Positions 36,494-49,300 of a stretch of 64,000 nucleotides of DNA are shown here, one piece after another. Location of the stretch: NCBI RefSeq assembly GCF_001447785.1, contig NW_015175975.1, forward strand, positions 1,599,749-1,663,748. Reading direction: 5' to 3'. The translations under genes were made by a program, and so were the position numbers. Under the pieces are notes generated by a model. It saw only the letters and a list, made by a program, of their open reading frames with translations. It searched no databases and was not told the DNA's origin. Source of the DNA: Gekko japonicus. Lineage: Eukaryota. Within the stretch, counting starts at the first letter, position 1. Each line of letters starts with the position of its first letter.

Positions 36494-37316
36494 TGGGGAT
36501 GAACATTAACTTCCAAATGAATCCCAGTTCAAGCATGAACCATGCCAGTTCTTGGTTTGCAAATCAGGAATTTGGGAGAACATGTCTCCCACGATCCGCC
36601 CATGAACCACCATGTTTTTCACGGAGGTTTGTGAGGTTCATGAGGTTTGTTGGAGAGAAGTTCATGGGCTCCAAAGGCATTTAAATAACTTCAGAGTGTA
36701 CTTTAGGTTCTGGTGGGACACCCAAAAGTGAGCTCCAAAGGAATTAAATACAATCAGAACCCACCACTGGCCCACAGCCTCACCTAAGTGAGCTCCAAAG
36801 GCATTTAAATGCCTTTGGAGCCCACCTCTGGGTCTGGCTGGCCCAAGCGAGCTCCAAGAGTGATTCTGAAGGCCTTTATAGGCCTGACTCAACTGAGGCC
36901 TGACTCAACTGAGATTCCAGAGTGGGCTCTGAAGGCTTTTATAGGCCATATATGCCCTTCTGTGGTCAGGCCCTTATATGGGCAGGCCCACTTGCAGGTG
37001 CGGCCTACCCATATAAGGGCCTGCCCATATAAGAGCATGTAAGGCCAAAAAAGACTTTGGAGTCCAGTCTGGGAGCTACAAAGGTCTATATAGGCCTTCA
37101 AGGCTAACTCTCGGAGCTCACTTGGGCTGGCCAAACTCAGAGGTGGAATGTGAAGGCATTTAAATGTCTTCAGGGCTCACTTCTGGGGGGGAGCATTCCA
37201 GTAACCCAATGAACCACCAGCTGATTTAGGAAACAGAAACTTTCATATAAGTTCATAGTTGAAACAAACCACAAACCACAATTAATCAACTTTTTCCAGG
37301 TTCATGCCCATCCCTA
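36494..37316. mobile_element. hAT-like non-autonomous element with internal palindromes
   Basis: Termini TGGGGATGAACA / TGCCCATCCCTA; degenerate 8-bp TSD CTGTCAGA/TTGTCAGC. Confidence 0.65.
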
Positions 37317-37479
37317 TTGTCAGCTTTCTTCAGTGTCTAACTTTCACACCCCCTCATAGTAATGGGAAATACTATGGCATGAATTAACTTGATCTTGGTT
37401 GAGATTAACATAGATAAAATAGTGCTGGGGTCAGGTTGCATGTCTGTTCTTCCTGGAAGAAGGGGAAGCCCAATAGATA

Positions 37480-38745
37480 GATAAATAGGAGGATGTCCGT
37501 TATTTCAACTAAAACCCTCAACTAAAAGTACTTCCTCTTATCACAGGCATAGGAGGATGTCCGCTATTTCATCTAAAACCCTCAACTAAAAGTACTTCCT
37601 CTTATCTGTTCTAAGCCTACTGACGATTAATTTCATTGAGTCCTCATAAGGTTTATTATTGGAAGAAAGGGAGAAAAGTACTTCTTTCTCTATGTTCTCT
37701 ATTTCATGCATCATGTTGTAAACTTCTATCATGTCACCCCTCAGTCTTTGTTTCTCCAAGATAAAGAGCCCTAACCTCTTTATGTTTTCTCCATAAGGAA
37801 AGTGTTCCACCCCTTCATCATTCTAGTTTCCCTTTTCTGCACCTTTCCCAATGCTACAATATCTTTTTTGAGCTGCAGTGCCCACAAATGTACACAGTAT
37901 TCCGAATGAGGCCACACCATTGATTTATACAGGGCCATTATGATACTGAGGAATTTCACATTACCCTTTTTAATTCGTTTTGAAGCAGTTTTTGAGTGGT
38001 CATGGAGTAAACCAGTATAGGGCTGCCATTTCACACATGACTTTCACCTTCTGGTAAAGAGCTGGATCTGAAGCAGTTTGCCATTTCAGACTGCACAGCT
38101 TTCCCCCCGCTGTTTTTCGCCTGCGCGGGCGATCTCCAGCTTTTTTTAACGTTTGCTTTAGAGCGCTATAGCGCTATAACACAACACTCCAGGCATTCCA
38201 ATGGGGTTGATATAAGGCAGTTACATTATAGCATTATACTGTCATAGCGCTATAAAATGACCATTAAAAAAAAGCCGGAGATCGCCCGCGCGGGTGAAAA
38301 ACAGCGGGAAATAGCGTATAGGAACTGGGAGCGGAAACTGAAGACTACTTGGAAGTGGTTGACAGGTAAAACGCTTCAGCCCCATTTCCTAAATGGAACA
38401 GAAGCGTTTGTGTGTGAAATTACAAATATATTCTGGTAGGGAACCGGTTCAAAAACGGTTCTGTCTGAAATGACAGACCAGAAACTGTTTGGGAACTGTT
38501 CCTCTTCCGGATTATATCGTCTGTCTAAAATTCCTCACTGTCTGATTTTTTTTCCAGTCCCTTTCTTACTAATCCCCAGCATAGCATTTGCCTTTTTTTT
38601 TGAAGTCACACACTGAGTTGACATTGTCAGTGAGTTATCTACCATGACTTCAAGATCTCCATCACCGCCAGTTCGGACCCCAGCAATGTATATTTATAGT
38701 TAGGATTTTTGGCTCCAGTATGCCTTGCTTTGCCCAATCTCTAAA
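37480..38745 (-). mobile_element. CR1 LINE ORF2 3' fragment (paralogous to 5700-6115), split by a MITE
   Basis: LYKSMVWPHSEYCV...KVQKR...RLRGDMIEVY. Confidence 0.85.
37948..38536. mobile_element. PIF/Harbinger-like MITE nested in CR1
   Basis: TIRs GAGGAATTT / AAATTCCTC; 3-bp TSD ACT; empty site (gatactgtctg) near 5912; internal inverted repeat. Confidence 0.8.
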
Positions 38746-40060
38746 TCCTCCCAGGAGTGGAAGGTAATGGACTGGCATTCCTAGCTTCGATCCTTACAAG
38801 TGAAAAGGAATTAACCCTCCTTGACTTTTCCATTGAGCACCCTATGCTCTTGAGTCTCTGGCAATTTTTAAGCACAATATTTCAAGTTTGTGTATACTGC
38901 TTCTGCATAGCCAGCAACATCCACCACTGGCTAGTAGAAAGATAGGCTGAGGAAAAATGGGAAGAGTAAATGACAAGACATTAGGCCCCGATTCTTCATC
39001 TTTCCTTTTGATTTCCTAGTGATATTGCTGAGAACAGTACTTTTCATGGCTTTCATATTTTGCAATATCATGAGGCACATGTAAGGACCGTTTATTCTTC
39101 AACCCCTTTGGAGAAATCATGTTTGTGGCTTGACAAGAGAAGGACTGGCATAGAGGCAGGCTGGATCTGAGATTCACAGGAGAGTGCATTTCTTTGGTAC
39201 TGTTGAATGTGTATAACATGTACCAAGCAAAAGGTCCATCAAGGAAACACAAGTGGTTCCAGATGAAGCTCAAGGGTGATCACTCATGACCACTCATGAG
39301 ACTCTCTATGAGAAATCTTCTCTATACATTTTCTGCAATGATTATCCTGTCAACAGGCTGCACTTACAGTGGCTGTGGATGGGGATAATCCTGATGTAAT
39401 TGTCAGTTTGCCACCTGCTCTTTCACATTATGCAAATGATCAAATTAGACCCTTGGAAAGCATTCAGGAAATTATCGGGGGGGGCACTTTTACAAGGCAC
39501 GTTCTGCCTATGGTACCACAGCAGTTTCTGGAATTGGAGGAGGTACTTTCCTCTCCCATAATGATTACTATTTTTCTGAACTTCTTGCCAAGAACCATCT
39601 GGAGTGCAGAGACCACAGGAAAATAAACACATGAAGCCCTCAATAATGGCTTAGTAATAATAGATTGGCTTGATCAGACAGCAAAGATAGGCTTTGCCAC
39701 TTGAAGCTCGTTGAAGTACATACTTGGAATAGTGCAATTTTATGCAGAGGCAGACCAAAGTAACTCTGCATGCAATTGCCCTAGGGGTGTACCTTCCCTA
39801 ATTGGTGGTGCTGTGATTTGTACCAGATTGAACCCAATATAACTAACCTGAGCAGACCTCACCTGGTGCTGATTGTTTCCTTCAGAGTGACCTCCTTCTA
39901 GATTTTTGTTTAAAAGTTACTATCAGACCTCAGTGCACAGGCATTGGAACACTGTGGTGCATGAGCCTAGAACACAGGTGAGGAAAGTGATATCAGTGGT
40001 GCAGGAATAGGTTTCAAAGCAGGAAATCAATCAAGTCAATCCAAAGTGGGTGTAGCCAGG

Positions 40061-40395
40061 ATGATGACAACAGGAGAATATTCTGCCCTCCAAGTTTGGC
40101 TCCTATTTTTAAAACTATTTACTTATTTCATTTATCATCCACCTTTCTTGTTGAGACTCAAGACACTGGTGTCATTGCTCGTGCTGATGCTTGTCATGTG
40201 GAGGACATGTTCCATTCATCCCAACCTGAAGACTCATTCAATTCAGTGCAACAGAAATGATTTCATCCCTATTCCACATGAATTTTATGAGCCCGGAGAT
40301 CTTATCATTGGAGGGATTGCTTCTCAGATCTTCTTCAATTACAACCCTATGGATTTTAGTGAGCAGCCCTCTCAGATGTTGATCAAGGTGGCATT
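40061..40395 (+). CDS. V2R gene D exon 1
   Basis: [14 protein letters not shown]; donor TT|gtaagg. Confidence 0.85.
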
Positions 40396-43300
40396 GTAAG
40401 GATCCATTCCTTTTTCTCCAGAAGTTTTAAGCTTTTGTGTTAGACCATAATAACTGAATGGATCATTATAGCAAAAGAAAGGATACGTAAAGAACAGATG
40501 GACTGCATTTTGAAGGGTTGCTTCTTATGGAAGACCCTCTTGTATGTGGAAGGTTCATAGAATTGGGGGGGGGGAGCTGAATCCCACTCAATATGCAAAC
40601 TATAGTCCAGTGTACTGTTAGCTCGTCAAGTCAAACTCTTAGTTTTGCCTCCAGAACACCTTGTTTAATTAACCAAAAATTGCTCTGGTCTCCTCCCATA
40701 CTTCCTTCTTTCTCACGTTTCCTGTCAATCAGTCTATCTTTTCCAATACAACTATGCTTTCCTTTTTAAGAAAACCTCTTATTCCCATTTTCAAATTGGA
40801 AATGTTTCGCTCTTTCTATAGTTCTCATATCCTGATCTGGATAGTCCAGGTTAGCCTGACCTTGTCAAATCGTGGAAGCTAAGCAGGGTCAGCCCTGGTG
40901 AGTACTTGGATGGGAGACCACAAAGAACAGGGTTGCTTTGCGGAGGCGGGCAATGGCAAACCACCTGTGAATGACTCTTGCCTTGAAAACCCTACAAGGC
41001 GGCCATAAATTGGCTGCAACTAGATGGCACTTTCCATCACCACCATGGTTCCAAACCCAGTAGCTCCTTCTGTTTCATTAAAGCACTATGACAGCAAAAA
41101 CTTTGTATTCTGTGTTATAACTACATTTACATAGTTATGATATTAAGAATTTCAGTGCAAAACAAAATTGGACATTCTGGTTTTAGAGATGATCTATATA
41201 TACTTGGGATGTTGCCTTCTTGAGATCCGCATTCACAACTTAATTAATCAACCATTTATTTATTTTATTTATTTATTGTTTGAATTTATACCCCGCCCTC
41301 CCCCGTAGGGCTCAGGGCGGCTTACATAGTATAAGACATGCTCATAAAAACATCAAATACTTTAGTACAAAAATACAATATACAATTTAAAACCCAAACA
41401 ACATTAAAGTTCTCAACACTGGTGGATTGTATCATATTATAAACTAATGCAAACGAAGTGGATGGAAATGATCAAGCTTCCTTGCTTTCATTATATCAGT
41501 GCAAGTCTTGTTTAATTAGCAAGCCTATGCATTTAATTAGAAAGACGTCCCATTGAACTTGGTGGTCCTGAACCTGAGTGAACATGCACAAGACTGAGTG
41601 GAATGTGCCCCAGTAACTTCTTGTTTCAGCCGTGCACTGCTTTCCTAGCCTCAGCCCCACTGTCTCCAGTATGGAGAAAATAATTCTTCTCTATTTCACA
41701 GGGGTGATGCAAAGATAAATGTTAATGTACCATAACAATGTATCGCATGTAAAAACTGTCTCAGAATTATGAAGTGCTATGTAAATGCTAAGCTTTTCAT
41801 AAAGGTTCCATCCATAGTTCCAAATATGGCTACACTAGACTTTGCAATAACTATAATTTCGGAACAAAATATATTAATGACTTGAAACAATAACACACAT
41901 TGCAGGTAGCATTGCCAGAAGAGCAGAGAATTGCAGAATACTGATGTTACATATATTTCAGGAAAAAAATATTTCAGAGGAATGGTCACTTTTTTTCTTG
42001 GAGACATCTCTTTGCTAGTAAAGATTCCGGCCACAGTAAACTTCCTCTATGGTGCTACAGAACCTTTAGATATGTTGCTATGACTCATGTATGTCTGCAC
42101 ACTTCCAGCTTCCTGTATGTAGGGCTTGAGGAAATTCTGTTTTAGTCTGCATCTGAGGAAGTGTGCTTGTACATGAAAGCACATACTTTGAATAAAACTT
42201 GGTTAGTATTAAAGGTGCCACTGTCTTCAAATGTTGTTCATGTATCTCTCGTTACAGTGTGGACACAAAACACTATCAGCACATCCTTGCTTTGGTCTTT
42301 GCTGTGAAGGAAATCAATCACAATCCCAGCATCTTACCTAACATCACTTTGGGGTTCCACCTTTATGACAGCTACTACAATGCACACATGACTTTTAAGG
42401 CTACACTAGCTCTGCTTTCCTCACAGCATGAACACGTCCCCAACTACGAGTGTGATGTTCAAAATAATTTGGTTGCTGTCATTGGTGGATTTGGTTCTAA
42501 GACCTCCATCTACATGGACACCATCTTAAAGATCTACAAGACTCCACAGGTAGATTTTGTAGTGGGAAGGGTAGAATATCACATTCCATGCTCATCTAAT
42601 GAACAGTGATAGCTAAGCTCCTCTGAGCGTAACTTGAAACCATTTGCATCCTTGTAAGCATTTTTGTCACTGTGTAGACATGCTCAATAAAGATTTTTTT
42701 AATATAAATGCCAGTCCTTCTCATCCGGCTGAATAGACTTCCCAGTCTTCCCCAGATTGACTTCTGGCAACAGATAACAGAAACTATAGCTTTTGAAGTC
42801 TCACTATTTGAGTTATAGCTTGGGAAAAGCTGGGTAAAAGCCACAGTCATCTTGTACATCATGTCAGGCATTGAGACCAGGTATGAACTGATCTGTGATG
42901 GACTCATTGTCCTGAAATTATTATTCCATTTCCTATTAAAACAATGTGTGTTTTTAATTTATGCACTGTATTCATGCCTTCATGGCTACATTCAGCAGGT
43001 AGAAGAAACAGAATGGGTGGAGGAATGAGAGTCCCCTTTCCTATGAGTTTTTATGTATCTTTATGTATTTCCATGTGTATCTATGCAAATCTACTGCATG
43101 GGCTTATGATCACACAATATTTATACACCATTAACAAAATCTATCCACATTTTATTATAGCTTTCCTATGGCTCTGTTCTCTCAAGAAGGAATGATAAAC
43201 TCCTCTCTTCATGGTACAAGATGGCCCCCAATGACGGCCATCAGTACAAAGGGATTGTCCAGTTGCTTGTGCATTTTAAATGGATATGGGTTGGACTCTT

Positions 43301-46300
43301 TGTTGTTGATGATGACAATGGGGAAACGTTTTTGCAGACTTTAGTTCCTTTGTTTTCCCAGAATGGCATTTGTTTTGCTTTCATAAATAGGATCCAAAAA
43401 CTGAATTACCTATATGGAATGATGGAGTCATTTTCCAGTAACGCAAAAACATTTCCATCTTTAATGGAAAGCAAAGTCAATGTGTTTGTTGTCCATGGAG
43501 AACCTCCATCAATGGAAAATTTATACTGGCAACTTTTTGTTGTAGACTTAAATTCACCAATAGGCAAGGTGTGGATAGTGACTGCACATTGGGATTTTGA
43601 ATCGAAAACCTATCAAAGAGATTGGGATATACAGCATTTCCATGGTGCCATATCCCTTATGATTCATTCAAATCAGCCAACAGGATTCAGGACATTTCTT
43701 CAGAGGGTTAATCCTGCCTGGGCAAAAACAGATGGCTTTATCGAGGATTTCTGGGAACAGGCATTTGACTGTTTATTGAAAGAATCCAATGAAAGTGAGA
43801 GTGTGGATCCCAAGACAACCTGCACAGGGGAGGAAAACCTGGAAGACCTCCCAGGGCCTCTCTTTGAAATGAGCATGACTGGCCATAGTTATAATATCTA
43901 CAACGCGGTCTATGCCATATCACATGCTATACATATTATATTTGAATCCAGTTCAAAACTCAGGCTGGAACCTCAGAATTTAAAAGCATGGCAGGTAATT
44001 TTAGCCCAATTCTTTTTTCTTGTTTCAGACAGCATACCAGTACCTTTCAAATCTTTGTAAAATTTTTACAGATGTATTCTTTCCAGAAGGATAGTTTCAA
44101 ATGTCTCTGTCCTGCTGTTTCTGTCTGAAAATTCTCATTTCAATGTTCCCTCTTCCTTGTGCAGATCGAATAAAAGACTCCTTATTTCTGGCCATTTTCC
44201 TCCTCACATCAGCTTTTCCCTATAAATTCTATGATTCTTTCAACATGAGTAGCATTGCAAAAACAGTCCAGTGGAGCCTGAGTGGTGGGTGTTGCCTTCT
44301 GACACACTTCTGGTCAGGGGGTGTGGCATATGCAAATAAGTTATGCTAATGAGTTATGCTAATGAGCTCCTGCACCTCTTTTTCTATGAAATGACCCGTG
44401 GTTATATGTACATATGTATAAATGATGTTGTAATATTTTGATTGTTTGCCATTTTGGGGACCCTAAGTGGGGTGGAAAGGTGGCCAAAATGTTTTCAATG
44501 AATGAATGTTTGTTGGTCTTAAGGAAGAACATTCCTGTGGCTGCATCTGGACAGATATAGATGCAATGGAAACAGATCTAGAAGAGATTTTTTACCAACC
44601 CGTTCACAAGGATTCCAACTCTTTGTTCTCACTGTTTCTTTCGAACCTAGCTGAATCGTTTTCTAAGGAGCATCTCATTCAACAACAGTGTAGGAGATGC
44701 TGTGCACTTTGATAACAATGGAGAATTGATTGTAGGATTTGATGTTACAAACTGGGTCACTTTCCCAAATAACTCTTTTGTTCGAGTGAAAGTTGGAAGT
44801 CTAGATCCTCATGCTCCCCCAGGGAAGACGTTGAAAATTCAGGATGAGAACCTAGTGTGGCATGAATGGTTTACCCAGGTAAGAGAGAACTGCAGATCTT
44901 TTGGCACAGAAGGCAAGTGACCTTTAAAAAAAACAAAACTTTGGGACTTTATTTTTAACTAATTTTCAAAAGAAGGGCACAGTTCACAACATGTGGCTTT
45001 TGCCCTTCTTTTGTGTGCCTGTAATTTTACCACCATCTTTATGGTTTTCCAGCTTATTGTGAAGTCTTCTTATATGAAGATGATATGAGCTGCTGAATAA
45101 TTCCATGATTAAATCATTGGGAAAATGCATGTGTTTGGACTGATCCAGTCTTAGGAAAGTACAAATGTCATCAGTCATTATTTATTTATTTGAATTTCTA
45201 GCATGCCCTTCCCTGCACAGCAGGGCTCAGGGCAGGTTACAACAATAAGTATACACCATTTTAAACAATCAAAACATAGCTACAGAACATAATTATCCAG
45301 CAAATTTAACAATGGAAACATAAATGCATATTGACCTGTAATAGTCCTGAGAGCTTAGAATTGTTGTAAAAATAGTCAAAAATATTTAAAATACTCAGAG
45401 TATCAATGGATCTTGCTCTATGGGAAAGAAGAGATTTCTTTGCTTTTAAAAACAATTATTTCTAAGGGTAAAGGTACACAGGGAAACTACAAAATAAACA
45501 GAACATCTAACAGCTACATTTTCTAAGCTGCTTATAGTTCAACAATAACACAGAGATAATGGAGAATCTGTCCTTCTTCTCGACCCCTAGAAAGAAAGTC
45601 ACCTGAAAACAAACAACCAATCTGTATCACAATAGAAGCTACTTTTCCCGGGCTAATTCCCCATTGGCTCAATGCTAGGTACCCCTTCCAGGTCAGTCTA
45701 AATAATAGCAATAGCATCAAGATTCACCTGATCATTGACTGTAAATGAATTATGAAAAAATAAGGAGGCATAAATCTGCCTTATCAAAGGCATCCAAGAA
45801 ATTGCTACAATAAAAAATTTAGGATACCAAGGAAAGACCCGTTATTGAGTGTAAGCTGGTTAAAATTCATGAAGCACAATGAAGGAACAAAACTGTAGTG
45901 GTGAAAGGAATATAACAGGAGTCTCGATCATTTGTGTTAAGGCCAGTGCTACTTCATGTTTCTGTGAAGGGTCTGGTGAAACTGCAAGTCAGCAAAGTTT
46001 ACAGATGACAGCTGTTTGCAAAGGATAACCACTAATATAACTTCTGATAACACTTTATTTTTTTATTTTTTTTAATAACAAATTTTATTTCATAAAACAT
46101 ATCCAACACCAACACCACCCATGTGCAACTTCCAGGCATTAGAGACATAAATAAAATTCCATACAGTATTATATCCCACTCAATCTCAGTACAACTCTTT
46201 TACTCTATTAACCGTCCATATTAATCTTATAATCAAATTAATCTCTCAATTTCCTATTAACTCACTAAGCACCCCAATTTTTTAAAACTTTCCCAAATAC

Positions 46301-49300
46301 CCTGCCATCCTTCTAAACCAGTCCTCCTCTTGGTCTTTAACCTTTAACCCATTCATTCTATGAATCTTCATTGTAAGATACTCTAAAATTATTGTTATTC
46401 ATTTTTTCCCTCCAATGATTAATCGTCAGTTCCTCAGCTTCTATCCAATTCCTTGCAATCACTTGTCTTGCTGCTACTAACATCAAATTTATCCATTTAC
46501 ATTCCTCTTTTAACCTTAACCCTATACCATCCAAACTAATAAGTGCCATTGCTTTAGATATTCTAACCCTTCTTCCCACAATCCCCGACATTTCTATACC
46601 AATCTGATCCCAAAATTTCTTTACCAAAGGACAATCCCACCACATATGACTGAACGTTCCCACCTCTCCACATTTCCTCCAACAATTTCTACTTCCCGAT
46701 TTTGAAATATAGCTCAGCTTAACCGGTGTAGAATACCATTTCTGTATCATCTTCAAACCCTGCTCCTGTATTAACCTAGACGTTGTAACAAAAGGAGGTA
46801 ACCTAAAAATCCTATCCCATTCTTCATCCAAAATTTTACCTTGAAGATCTGTTTCCCAATATTCCTTCAAAACTTCTCTCGGTGATTTCCCTATGCCTAA
46901 TAACACCTTATACAATTTTGAAACTATTTTTGCCTTATCTTCTCCATATTCTTTCACCAATTTTTCAAAGGGAGTAGTAATTCTCTTCCCAATATGATTA
47001 ATTTCTTCTTCCTTCAGCAATGAGGAAATCTGACCTTTTTGCAACCAATTCATCTTATTCAACACATTATTCTCTTCTTCCATCATCCCGTCAGTTCCCC
47101 ATATCTTTTTCAACTCCTTAATCGTAATCTTCTTTAATGTATCTCCTACCTCCTTTGACATTGATCCCCTTAATGGGGTGAATTTATCATAATACCACAT
47201 TTTGGTAAGAGGTGATATCCCCGGAGTAAGCTCTTTTTTCCACTTCTCCCACACCATATAAGGCCCCAGAAATGTTGATAATTCATTACCTATCTTCTTC
47301 TTCCTATTCTTCCTATCAAACAAACTTTCCTTTCCTCCTACCACCTCTAAATTTTCCCATTCTATCCAACCAAGATCTTCTCCTAACTCTCCCTCCAGCC
47401 AAATCATTAGATGCCTTAATTGATATGCATCATAATAAATACTAATATTGGGAATCCCCCACCCCCCATCTTTTATTCCATAATATCTATACCTACCAGC
47501 TGTCCTTGGTTTCTTAGATGCAAACACAAATCTATCTATAGCTCCTTGCCACCTCTTCAATATATGTACTCTGATAACACTTTAAAGAGCCCTCTTTGCC
47601 ACAAAAACAAGCCTGTTCAATGCTTTCACAGTTGTCACAGTTCCGCAGGGCTGTGAAAACAGAACTTTTCAGGCAGGCATTCCAATAGGAGAGATGGCGT
47701 ACCAGCAGCGCCCTGTGTGAACTTCGATCCAATACGACCTAACGTGGGGGCACCGTTGAATGTGTCTTTAAACTGCACTTTAGTTTTATCACCATCTAAT
47801 GAATGTTTTATATGGATTGTTTGTGTTTTTAACTGATGCTTGTATTTATGTTTTACTGTGTTTGAATACTGCTTGTCAGTTTTGGAAGCCGCCCTGAGCC
47901 CGCTTGCGGGGAGGGCGGGGTAAAAGTGGAATGAATAAATAAATAAATAAATAATTTCAGCAAGGGGTTTCATACGGACAAAGCCCCAGCAGTCTGAAAA
48001 GTAGTCAGCTGAACATCAAGATGTCATGAAAAAATAACTGCATTGTCCAGAGCTTAATGGGAACAACCACATATATTTTATATGCCAATCATGCACCGCA
48101 TTGGCAGCAACTGTGAAACTCAAAGAACTACTAAAATATATTTTCCTAAAGAAGGCTTCCAAGTCAATAATGCCATTATATCATCTCAATATCCACATTG
48201 CCCATTTTGCTCAGTAGCCAAACATTCTAAAATTTCCAGGCATTTTTCTGAGTGGCACTTCCTATGTTTATGGGCAGGTTCCACCACTTTCTGTTTGCAA
48301 TGAGAACTGCAATCCAGGTTACAGGAAGAGAAAGAAGGAGGGAGAGCCATTTTGCTGCTATGACTGTGTTCCATGTTCACATGGGAAGATTTCTGATAAG
48401 AAAGGTAGGAAAATAAGAGATTTAACAATGTGGAATCAAAAGTCGTTATCCTGGTTAGAAAGAATTTCTATAGTTAAAACCTGGGTATTGCTAAGATTAC
48501 TTGCTTTGATTTTGGTCTACTGATTTCATTAAAAGATTCAAAATGTAAATCTTGGCAGGCCTTAATCAACTCCTTTATATAGAACCAGGACAAAACTCAA
48601 AGTGAGGCATCTGATAATGCGTTGACCCACTAAGAAATGGGGTATGGGAGTCCCAGATTTTAAAACATTTTATGAGATCACAATAATTTTCTCTTTGGTT
48701 CAGCCTTCTTACAAACTGTCTGATATTGGTTGGGCACATAAAGAATCTCAATATGCATTCCTTCTTTTGATATCAGAGACAATGTGGGCACGACCGAGAT
48801 TCAAAGCTTCAGACATGAGGAAAAGTCCAATTCTATGTAATCTGTTTCCTGTCTGGGATAGACATAGAAATACATTAGCACCTCCAATTTCACTGGTCTC
48901 TATGCTTACCCACCAGGAGTGGTTTGGTCTAGGTTTCTGAGTAGATTATTTTTGTAGCTGGAGAGGGAAAGGTATGTTTAGCCTCACTCTCTGGCTTTGT
49001 TCAGATGGTAATTAAGATGGAAAAAGCAGAACACTTCAGTGGTCAGAAGACTCCTTTACTAACATATTATCAATTATAATCCTGTCTAAATGACTTGAGG
49101 TCCAAAAAATGATTTTATTAAGCCCTTAATGTCTTTTGAAACTTTCATAAGCAAGGATAAGCCCAATTTGTGTGGGCTTGATTTCTCTTATCTATAAATT
49201 CTTGATCTTGAATTTAAGTAAAGCCTTGTTAACCTACCAACTTAAGTGGAATTCCCTACTTCCTCAGGTTCTTAATGAGGCAGAATGGAAATGGATATGG

